Part shown: one piece after another, positions 1-7,562 of the stretch
Position numbering within the stretch: position 1 is the stretch's first letter
Layout: each line of letters starts with the position of its first letter
Source: Candidatus Hermodarchaeota archaeon
GTDB taxonomy: Archaea; Asgardarchaeota; Hermodarchaeia; Hermodarchaeales; Hermodarchaeaceae
Assembly: GCA_016839805.1 (NCBI GenBank)
Contig: JAEOTO010000020.1
Coordinates: 1-17,875, forward strand
DNA: 17,875 bases
Direction: 5' to 3'
Made by a program: the position numbers and the translations under genes
Notes under the pieces: generated by a model
What the model was told of the DNA's origin: nothing
What the model saw: the letters and a program-made list of their open reading frames with translations, nothing else
Databases searched by the model: none

Positions 1-141
1 AATCGGTTAAAAGCAAAAAAAACAATTTAACTATTTTATACGTAAAAGGAGTAAATTTTATATGCCGCAATAACCACTAAGAAAAAAGAGAGTAGAATCC
101 GTACCTCTCACAAGATAAAGACCAGAACCTACTGAGAGTGA

Positions 142-936
142 ATGGCAGTGCATGACACTTCCAAAAGCATGGATGAGTCATTAGACGCAAGGAGTATTAT
201 GACACTGGTAGTAAGTTACGTGTTCTTTAGTATCGGATTTTGGATAACGATCCAATTGGCCACTTTCAATTTTTATCACTCGGGATCACAACTAGGTTGG
301 TTTTTCCTTGGATGGAATCCTGCGGATCTAATATGGATGCACACTCTGAAATATGGACTGAGATTGTATGTGACCTTGGTTCCACTATTGACGATAATGG
401 GAATCAGTATCGGCGTGTATGCCTGGTTTTTAGAAGCCAAAGTCCGAGTATGGATGACCTTGCTGAAAACAATAGGATTGAGTCTCGCCTTTGCGCTTCC
501 CCTCATTGTACTATTGGTTTTCTTAATGCAGGGATTTTGGGATTTAATCAGTTTCCTCCCGTATTTACCATATTCTAATTATTACCTGATTATGATTGGA
601 TTCTTTTATACGATTTTATTTGTGTATTTGACAGCCATAGTGGTATTCAGTTCCCCAACGCCATTTTATATCGCCAATGAAATAATCCGAAACCCCATGT
701 TCTGGATGCTTTACTCTGGGTTCTTCATAATTTTAGTTGTGACCTTAGTTCCCTTTGTAGACTCCCTGATTACTGATTCGTGGCAGTACCTACCAGCCGA
801 AGTATATGCGTCTAGATGGATGGCTGGAATAACGATGGCATCGCTTCCTGTTGCTTTTGTACTCCCAGCGTTTCCGCTTCTTTTCAGCAGTTCAGATTAC
901 TATCCCAAGTTGGCCGATTCAAAACCACTTGCCTAG
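142..936 (+). CDS. Polytopic integral membrane protein, unknown function
   Basis: 264-aa ORF with about 6-7 hydrophobic segments; no recognisable family motif. Confidence 0.75.
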   Translation: MAVHDTSKSMDESLDARSIMTLVVSYVFFSIGFWITIQLATFNFYHSGSQLGWFFLGWNPADLIWMHTLKYGLRLYVTLVPLLTIMGISIGVYAWFLEAKVRVWMTLLKTIGLSLAFALPLIVLLVFLMQGFWDLISFLPYLPYSNYYLIMIGFFYTILFVYLTAIVVFSSPTPFYIANEIIRNPMFWMLYSGFFIILVVTLVPFVDSLITDSWQYLPAEVYASRWMAGITMASLPVAFVLPAFPLLFSSSDYYPKLADSKPLA

Positions 937-950
937 AAAGTGTGGATTAA

Positions 951-2198
951 TCAAGACGGATTCGATTTGAGCGGTTTGAATTTAAGAAAGACAACAACCA
1001 CCACCACAATGACACCGATAAGCCCACCAGCAATAAGGAAACCCAAGACCAATCCCAAGCCGGAACTACCGGCTGTTATCGTTGCCGAGGGGAGGATGTA
1101 GTTCTCAATGAGTGAAAATATGTCTAAATTGTTGCTAGCAGCTGTGATGACTACGATCATGTCGTGGTTGGGAATGACGAAGATATGCTGATTCTCATAG
1201 CCGTGCGCTGCATAAGCCTCCATATTGGGACGAATCCACCATTGATATCCATAACCAGTATTCGTATTCAAGATGACTTGTTGCGAAGAGGAGGCAGCAA
1301 CCCAAGAGGAGGGGAGAATCACGGTCCCATCCCAGGTTCCACGATGCAGATAAAGAAATCCGAATTTGGCCATATCCCTAGGTCGGAGCTGTAGACCTGA
1401 TCCACCGCATTGAATGCCGTTTGGTGAATTTTGCCAAGTATAATCGGTGATGCCTAATGGCGTAAATAACTGAGCTTCTGCAAAGGCAAGGGTTGTCATG
1501 TTAGTTGCTTGTGCAACAATTGCGGAGAGAAGGTGTGATCCTCCAGTATTATAGGCCCATTGTTCGCCCGGATTATATTCCATGGGTCGGTCGATAACGA
1601 ACTGCTCCCAATCGGGGCTAGTCGTCATGCGATACCAGTCGTTATTGGGATGTGTATAGGGGTAAGTCGATTCATCCCATGGGAGACCGGAGGTCATAGT
1701 GAGGAGGTCTTCTACAGTAACAGCTTCTTTGCGGGCATCAAGGTTATCGATTGTCATATGGGGGAAGAAGTCCACCATATAGTCGTGAATCGAAAGATAT
1801 CCTTGTGAAACGGCAATACCAATTAGCGCAGATGTGACACTTTTAGTGCAAGAAAAGATGTTTCGGGTTTGATTAATACGATTTGAGACATAGAAGTAGT
1901 TCTCATATACTAAATACCCGTGGCGAATTATTAGGACGGAACGGAGAGTCGCACTGGATTCCCATCCACTGATATAGTTCTCCATTTGAGGGTACCAGGT
2001 TGAATCCAGACCCTGAGACTCGGGGGTGGCGGTTAGCCAGCCTGAGGTAGGCCAATAATCTGGTTCACTGACCTGGGCATTAACTTGAACCGGTAAATAA
2101 TTACTGAAGATGGTAATAAGAAAGCATAGTAGAATTAACACACCGAACTTCCTAGAAGACATGTTAATCTCTTCCGATGAATAATTCCACAGAATCAT
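951..2198 (-). CDS. Serine hydrolase, beta-lactamase class C/NylB-like family; secreted and C-terminally membrane-anchored (likely start ATG at 2162, MSSRKF)
   Basis: SxxK motif FSCTKS, LLTMTSG, PGEQWAYNT (catalytic Tyr), RDMAKFG, YGYQWW, AHG; N-terminal signal peptide; C-terminal TM helix followed by a basic tail (KFKPLK). Confidence 0.92.
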   Translation of the reverse strand: MILWNYSSEEINMSSRKFGVLILLCFLITIFSNYLPVQVNAQVSEPDYWPTSGWLTATPESQGLDSTWYPQMENYISGWESSATLRSVLIIRHGYLVYENYFYVSNRINQTRNIFSCTKSVTSALIGIAVSQGYLSIHDYMVDFFPHMTIDNLDARKEAVTVEDLLTMTSGLPWDESTYPYTHPNNDWYRMTTSPDWEQFVIDRPMEYNPGEQWAYNTGGSHLLSAIVAQATNMTTLAFAEAQLFTPLGITDYTWQNSPNGIQCGGSGLQLRPRDMAKFGFLYLHRGTWDGTVILPSSWVAASSSQQVILNTNTGYGYQWWIRPNMEAYAAHGYENQHIFVIPNHDMIVVITAASNNLDIFSLIENYILPSATITAGSSGLGLVLGFLIAGGLIGVIVVVVVVFLKFKPLKSNPS

Positions 2199-2335
2199 CA
2201 GGTAAAAAGTTAATGAAAACAGCTAGTTAGTAAATAGGCTGAAAATTAAAAAGATAGACTTAATTCCGAATTGATTGGTTCGGAAACCGAAACATAGAGA
2301 AGATATGATAGAATCGGTTCGATTTTCGATCAAAC

Positions 2336-3133
2336 TTACTTTCGAGCAGGTTGACTATATTTATCCAAGACCTGCCAAGCTACGGGTTTTATTGCGGGTT
2401 CGGTGAGATTGATTGGCATAGGATAACGAATGCCGACTTTCGTACCAGCCTTATCGAGAGCGTCGATTGTGTCGTGGAGCATCTCCACAGGCAATGAAAA
2501 GATTATTTCATAGTCTTGAACCGCGGCATAAACGCGATCGCCTGCACCAGGAATGACGACATTGGGTTTCCGAGAAAGAATGGTTTGGAGAATACCATTA
2601 ACACAACTTGCCGCTAGACCCATTTGTTTTGTGAGGATTGGTGCACCGGATTTGTAGATATTGGCTTGGATGAGTCGCATGATCTGAGTTGAATTGCCAT
2701 GGATGAGGACCACATCAGGTTCAACTTTTGTCCAACCTAAAGGTGAGATAATAATGCCTTCATATTCCCCAGGTGTTAGCATAGGAAAGTGTTCTCGCAT
2801 TGTGGCTGTTGCTGCGTCGGTTTCATAATAGTCCATGGCTCGAAAGGCTTCAATAAATCCCTGGTCATCTTTAAGTTCGTGGAACCCGTAAGCGACAAGA
2901 TTAGGGGTGCAGTTCATGTCTTCGGCGGTTAAACCCATGGTCCAACCGATTCGTCGTGAAAAGGTGTACCCTTGACACATTGTGATTTTCATGTTAAACA
3001 CATTAGGGCGTCGTGTCTTCTCAGGGAATTGGTCTTTACTTTTTACAAGCCGTATTGCTAAGGGAAAGGTTTGGAGACGAAGTTTCTCAGAAAGTATTCG
3101 GCCGTATTGATGGTACTGTTCAAATTTTGACAA
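2336..3133 (-). CDS. DUF169 family protein (ArCR, Cys-containing)
   Basis: L..FPLAI, conserved CQ...RR.G, later C residues (NCTP, ASC), PDVVLI.G...QIMRL and PGAGDR...E.IFSLP pattern typical of DUF169. Confidence 0.8.
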   Translation of the reverse strand: MSKFEQYHQYGRILSEKLRLQTFPLAIRLVKSKDQFPEKTRRPNVFNMKITMCQGYTFSRRIGWTMGLTAEDMNCTPNLVAYGFHELKDDQGFIEAFRAMDYYETDAATATMREHFPMLTPGEYEGIIISPLGWTKVEPDVVLIHGNSTQIMRLIQANIYKSGAPILTKQMGLAASCVNGILQTILSRKPNVVIPGAGDRVYAAVQDYEIIFSLPVEMLHDTIDALDKAGTKVGIRYPMPINLTEPAIKPVAWQVLDKYSQPARK

Positions 3134-3148
3134 GGTATGTTCATTCCA

Positions 3149-4402
3149 TTATTTGTGGTTCGCAATTACTTTCTCAGTTTTTTGAGCATGATAGATTAAA
3201 TAGATAATCCCAAAGTTGATAGGAAGTATAAGGCTACTAGCAATCAGGGGAAGAGCTGGTTGGAATGCGTAACTAAGACCACCAATATAGGGCGTAAGTG
3301 GTGAAATTGCCCGAGATGTCAAGACGAATGTAGCGAATGCATTCGGTAATTGACTGGGATGGATCTGATGAGAGATGATGGCGTTTGTGAGGATGTAACC
3401 TCCATAAGATAAACCTCGAATAACATAGGCTAGGGGAAGAAAGATGGGAACAGGGATGATGAATAAGAGCGCGTAGTAACTTATGGATCCAAGGATTGGT
3501 ATAGTAAGCATCTTAGTATAACCCCATCGATCGCCAGCAACTCCGAGGAGAGGCCCGAGAATAGCGCCACTAGCACTAAGTATGGTAAAGAGGACACCGA
3601 TTGTGGATTCCTCCAAACCAAATTTATCGTAGAGATAGAGGGGAACGAAGAAATCTGCGAAGGTGTAGACTGAAAATACGACACCCATGAAAATAGTCGT
3701 AAAAATGAATACTCGATTTTTAATGAAATCCCACCGCCAACGCCTTTTAAGACCTTCAGATTTCTGCGGAACAGCTGTGAGCGGAAAAAGAAGAAGTGTA
3801 CTAATGATATAGCAGATTACTGAGACAAGAAAAAGATTCGAGTAACCGAATAAGGAGATTATTAGGCCACCAATTGTGGGAGCAGGAATACCAGCGAAGG
3901 CAGAAGAGCTCGCAATGAGAGAGTATCCAATCCCGCGTTGTTTTCGACTAGTAACATGGGATGTATAAGTTCGAAATGGCGCCGAAGCTAATAATGCTGT
4001 TCCTTCAAAGAAGGCTGCAAGTAGTGCCCACTGCCATCCAAGAGTTTGGGCGAGGATGTAAATAATCGGTGCGGGAATAACGATTATCCAACCCAAAATG
4101 AGGAGTGGTTTTACACCAAAACGTGTGGTAAGGACTCCTCCTAGTCCTGTCCAAAGGATCCCACTTGCCATCATAATCGAGGAAAAGAGTCCTGCCTGAA
4201 CGGGGGTCGCCCCAATGCTAGTGAGGAAGATGCTAAGGAAATTCGTATAAAGACCTAGACCAAAAAACCACATGAAATTTGAGACTAATAGAAAACCATA
4301 ACTCCGTCGAGGGTGGTCAAGTATATCTGAATCCGATTCGACGGAACCAATCTCTTTTCCATCCAATTCGTAACCTAGGTTATTTTGCTCCATACGAATC
4401 AA
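3149..4402 (-). CDS. Major facilitator superfamily transporter (likely start ATG at 4393)
   Basis: About 12 TM helices; motif A-like loops GGVLTTRFGVK and GVAGDRWGYTK; RG.GYS in the N-terminal half. Confidence 0.92.
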   Translation of the reverse strand: MIRMEQNNLGYELDGKEIGSVESDSDILDHPRRSYGFLLVSNFMWFFGLGLYTNFLSIFLTSIGATPVQAGLFSSIMMASGILWTGLGGVLTTRFGVKPLLILGWIIVIPAPIIYILAQTLGWQWALLAAFFEGTALLASAPFRTYTSHVTSRKQRGIGYSLIASSSAFAGIPAPTIGGLIISLFGYSNLFLVSVICYIISTLLLFPLTAVPQKSEGLKRRWRWDFIKNRVFIFTTIFMGVVFSVYTFADFFVPLYLYDKFGLEESTIGVLFTILSASGAILGPLLGVAGDRWGYTKMLTIPILGSISYYALLFIIPVPIFLPLAYVIRGLSYGGYILTNAIISHQIHPSQLPNAFATFVLTSRAISPLTPYIGGLSYAFQPALPLIASSLILPINFGIIYLIYHAQKTEKVIANHK

Positions 4403-4515
4403 ACTTAATCTTAGTAGCAGATCAGACCCTGGATGTACCCTAATTAATTTTGCAATAAGTGAATTTTGAAGTCATGATTGGCTTCCTTTGTTAAAAACAG
4501 AAACCGAAAAGAGCT

Positions 4516-5016
4516 TCAGTAATTCTGAATGCGATTGAGGAAAGTATGTGGACTTTCAATTATCTTAATTTTAATTGGATTAAAGACCACTTGAACCCAG
4601 GGTTTGTCATCACCTCGTCGGTCTCCTTCAATGATGAATTCTTTCACAAGGTTTCCGTAACTTGGAGCGACACTGTTCAAGTGAGGATCAGTATCCAATA
4701 ACCGAACTCCACTGGCAGCATCAGATAGAATAGTTGCGATAAGAAACCCAGGGTGTTCATTCTCTAGGGAATAAGCGGTTTGGAGTCCGGATTGACCTTG
4801 GAAGAAGGTAAAATCATTATGTGTTTCAATTGCATCCATAAAGATTTCATAACTGAGTTGTAGGTTTCCAACCTTCCGGAGAATGACCAACACTGTTACG
4901 AAGGGACCATGCCCTGCGAATTCACGATCGCGTCCATCCACGTAGGGTGGATAGAATGGTTTTGAAGGTGAGATTTTCACATCGATTTCTTTTGAGAACG
5001 GCTGTTCCAATTTCAT
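4516..5016 (-). CDS. Hypothetical beta-rich protein (DREFxGHGP motif)
   Basis: 166-aa ORF with ATG start in an otherwise unoccupied interval; motifs DREFAGHGP, MDAIET.D.T, DTD, LVKEF...GD..GDD. Confidence 0.7.
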   Translation of the reverse strand: MKLEQPFSKEIDVKISPSKPFYPPYVDGRDREFAGHGPFVTVLVILRKVGNLQLSYEIFMDAIETHNDFTFFQGQSGLQTAYSLENEHPGFLIATILSDAASGVRLLDTDPHLNSVAPSYGNLVKEFIIEGDRRGDDKPWVQVVFNPIKIKIIESPHTFLNRIQNY

Positions 5017-5207
5017 TTTAATACCTATTATTAAGAGTATGTTCCACGGTTTTCAACTTACGGGAACCTTTAGGGTGAAAAAACTGCGATAGCCGGGAAG
5101 AACCAACGTTTTTAGGAACTTTTGGGTTCGGATTTCCTCAGAATTAGTATCCAATTCAAAAAACATAAACTCTAATATTAATGAAGAATTGATGAGGCTG
5201 ACAAGTC

Positions 5208-5372
5208 ATGGATGAGGAAAGTGAACTAAGTTGGAATGATGAAGAAATATCTTCACCTCTCAACCGTTGGCTCATTAGATGTTGTGCAGTCCTTATTATC
5301 GTCATCTTTATTACAGCATTAGTATTAGGATACGCTTCCTGGTTCTTCCCCTATCCATCCCCTTTCCCTTGA
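5208..5372 (+). CDS. Small single-pass membrane protein (54 aa), not in the ORF track
   Basis: ATG 5208 to TGA 5372: MDEESELSWNDEEISSPLNRWLIRCCAVLIIVIFITALVLGYASWFFPYPSPFP; acidic N-terminus, one TM helix, Pro-rich tail; AT-rich TATA-like TAATATTA at 5173-5180. Confidence 0.65.
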   Translation: MDEESELSWNDEEISSPLNRWLIRCCAVLIIVIFITALVLGYASWFFPYPSPFP

Positions 5373-5396
5373 ATTTTAAAATGGATAATAGTTGAC

Positions 5397-5403
5397 TTTA
5401 TTA
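5397..5403 (+). promoter_or_regulatory. Putative archaeal TATA box for ncRNA element 1
   Basis: TTTATTA located 21-27 nt upstream of the GGGAAG start of the structured element. Confidence 0.35.
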
Positions 5404-5423
5404 GATTTTTCCCGTTTAAGAAA

Positions 5424-5678
5424 GGGAAGTGGAACGGCTCCCCGGACATCCGAATGGACCAAGAGGTTGGAGGGAAATTGGAGCATTCGGTCCAGGTTTT
5501 CCAAGATTTCCAATGCTTGGGGGCCTACTGCTGGTGGACAACGGATTTCGGAAATTTTGAAAGTCAGACATCCTTTGGGGAGCCGTCTTCGGTGTCAGCT
5601 TGTTGACCTTGGAGGAATAATCTTGAACATGCTGATACAGTGAACCTCTTGGTTGTCATCCGCGTCCTTCCTGGTACG
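5424..5678 (+). ncRNA. Unclassified structured RNA, element 1 (about 255 nt, possibly extending to about 5790)
   Basis: Closing helix GGGAAG 5424-5429 with CTTCCT 5667-5672; 13-bp helix 5434-5446 with 5574-5586; hairpins 5473-5511 and 5592-5638; 11-bp perfect complement 5458-5468 with 5643-5653 crossing the first helix; G-U pairs favour the + strand; no credible CDS. Confidence 0.6.
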
Positions 5679-5834
5679 TTTCAGCAAGTAGAAAGTCTGT
5701 AATTCAGAGGTATATAGTCGTGGATACCGGCAAGTTCGAAAAGTAGTCTTTCAAGCTAAAAGAACAACAGGAAACCGAACTTACTGGTTCATTATTCATC
5801 CGATGAAAACTCGTAGAAGAAGAAGCCTATCTTG

Positions 5835-6812
5835 TTATGCTCCTGCTTGCTCTAAAATCTCGTCCAGTAGAATCTCCCTTAGACCTTTGAAGTGTCGCAT
5901 AGGATAGAGTACAAGAATTTCCACTTGATCAACCATCGGGCCACGTTTGATTCCATGGGCAATTCGTTCAAACAAATTCATATTATCAACGACAAAGGTA
6001 CTGAAAAGAATCGGTTCCGTGGCTGAAGTATAGGAATACCAATGCTCACGGGGGAACTGTTTTTCAAGCCATTCGACTAATTTTTTTGGTTCTACTTGAT
6101 TTTCGTCATAGGTGATTCGTGTTACGTATGATATGTTTCCACCGGAATTCAAGTTCCATATCGTACGAAAATGTATAGGTTCACTATAAGCACGATTTTC
6201 TGGCGGAATATCGTTCCGTATTATAAAGGCCCTAGTTGTACTCTTGTTTCCACCTAGCGTGTCGAGAACTCGTCGGATAGTTCGTGCAGTTAATCCAGTT
6301 CGTTTTGCTAGTTCCACTATAGACATACGAGCGTCTATTCTTAATTCCCGTAAGACTTTCAGTTGGAGCGGTTTGAACTCAATTTTTCCACCTTTTTCAG
6401 TTAATAGAGTGTGGATTTCAACCTGAGCAACTCCATCTAATCCGCGAAGGAACCTACTTAGATCAGCCAGTCCTTGGGCTCCCACATATTCTCCGAATAG
6501 CATTACGTCCCCACTAGATAGAAAAGCAGCTCGATGAACCATTGGATTAGTGCCAATCGTAGTAATGAGAACTTCATCGTCGTTGGATCCATCAGTTGTA
6601 ACAAAAGCCACAAACATTTCGGCATCGATCATCCCAAGACTTAACCAAATTCCAAACCGTTTGAGAATACCACATTTCTGAAGCTTGGTGACTCGCTTCT
6701 TAATTGCGTTGGCACTGAGGTTAAATTGTCTAGACAATGCCTCGTACGAGATGCGGCAATTTGCATCTAATTCGTAGAAAATCCCTTTGTCAATTTGGTC
6801 CACCGCAGACAC
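5835..6812 (-). CDS. Tandem (two-module) Lrp/AsnC-family winged-helix transcriptional regulator (alternative start GTG at 6803, MDQID)
   Basis: Two HTH modules, DQIDKGIFYELDANCRISYEALSRQFNLSANAIKKRVTKL and LQLKVLRELRIDARMSIVELAKRTGLTARTIRRVL, each followed by a RAM/ferredoxin-like domain. Confidence 0.88.
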   Translation of the reverse strand: MSAVDQIDKGIFYELDANCRISYEALSRQFNLSANAIKKRVTKLQKCGILKRFGIWLSLGMIDAEMFVAFVTTDGSNDDEVLITTIGTNPMVHRAAFLSSGDVMLFGEYVGAQGLADLSRFLRGLDGVAQVEIHTLLTEKGGKIEFKPLQLKVLRELRIDARMSIVELAKRTGLTARTIRRVLDTLGGNKSTTRAFIIRNDIPPENRAYSEPIHFRTIWNLNSGGNISYVTRITYDENQVEPKKLVEWLEKQFPREHWYSYTSATEPILFSTFVVDNMNLFERIAHGIKRGPMVDQVEILVLYPMRHFKGLREILLDEILEQAGA

Positions 6813-6814
6813 CG

Positions 6815-6958
6815 CGTACCAGGAAAGTAGTATCCTACCGAGTAGGGGAAGCTAGCTAACTGATAATTCAAGGCTATCAGTCTTAAGCTCTACTCGACAG
6901 CATTAAGCGAAAGAAAGTTCTTCGATTTAAGCTAAACCGTAGCTGCATTCCTTCCCAG
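6815..6958 (-). ncRNA. Unclassified structured RNA or leader, element 2 (about 144 nt, four-way junction)
   Basis: On the - strand: closing helix 6958-6951 with 6826-6819, arm 6946-6942 with 6901-6897, arm 6896-6890 with 6845-6839 (inner helix 6881-6875 with 6865-6859), hairpin 6838-6827. The arms abut without linkers, and G-U pairs favour the - strand. Confidence 0.55.
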
Positions 6959-6969
6959 ATTTCTCAGTA

Positions 6970-7413
6970 TCAGGGAGGTAATAACAGTTCAAATATTTTT
7001 CGAGATGGAGGTTTTGAAAATGAATGAGACGCTGTCCAAAGACAATCGTGCTTTATAACATCCAATGTGAATCCAGATTGATGTAGTCGCAAGAGATATT
7101 GCATTAATTCAATCAATCTAGATAATGTGTGCCCTAAATTATCATCCTTAGATGAATCCTGTGAATTATCCAAGGTTTCATCACGAACCTCTTTGCGGTG
7201 GGGTAACCAGACTTCCACTTCGATGGATACCATCTTGGGATCCTTTGTTGTCCGAAGTAAGAGTATTCGAAACGAACTGGTTTGCATGAGAGGAGTAACT
7301 GATTCCCCCAATTCAGATAATAATGAAGAGTTAACAGGGGAGGTAGTGATTTGCTGGTATTTTTGCATCAGTTCTTCAAGCTTCATCATTAATTCTTTTT
7401 TATCCCCTCCCAA
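6970..7413 (-). CDS. Hypothetical soluble protein (likely start ATG at 7389)
   Basis: ORF with natural composition filling the interval; no family recognised. Confidence 0.7.
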   Translation of the reverse strand: MGGDKKELMMKLEELMQKYQQITTSPVNSSLLSELGESVTPLMQTSSFRILLLRTTKDPKMVSIEVEVWLPHRKEVRDETLDNSQDSSKDDNLGHTLSRLIELMQYLLRLHQSGFTLDVIKHDCLWTASHSFSKPPSRKIFELLLPP

Positions 7414-7562
7414 GGTGAGTTATTTATTCATGGCAACCGCAGGGTTCGGAAATAATACAAAGGTCCCTGTTCTAGGGAGAAATTGTAAATCGTCTGGTTC
7501 GTTTTAATTCATTCTAAAGTAATTGGATATTTTCACCCAAATGATAAATCTCTTATGCAAGC

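Noticed and set aside
2311-2331. GGTTCGATT T-loop-like word (also GGTTCGGAT near 5125) as tRNA
   Set aside because: No acceptor stem, D arm or anticodon arm at the required spacing.
5392-5643. 83-aa ORF over element 1
   Set aside because: TTG start, no recognisable protein features, and the region is better explained by extensive base pairing.
5424-5790. Element 1 as RNase P RNA, SRP RNA, group I/II intron or cobalamin riboswitch
   Set aside because: Only isolated look-alike words (ACAGGAAACCGAACTTA, TATATAGTC, GAGCCGT, AAAGGGAAG). There is no upstream GAGGAAAGUCC, no SRP helix 8 CAGG-GNRA-AGCA, no P7 partner and no domain V.
5835-6812. Siroheme decarboxylase (AhbAB/NirDL) as an alternative call for the tandem Lrp fold
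   Set aside because: Lacks the H(C/N)YxR signature and there are no heme biosynthesis genes nearby.
6839-6902. Plus-strand H/ACA-like hairpin followed by ACAGCA, with pocket resembling a complement of 23S CUUAAG-G-UAGC
   Set aside because: No K-turn or K-loop, the register does not leave a UN dinucleotide unpaired with two good guide arms, and G-U pairs across the larger fold favour the minus strand. Not fully excluded.
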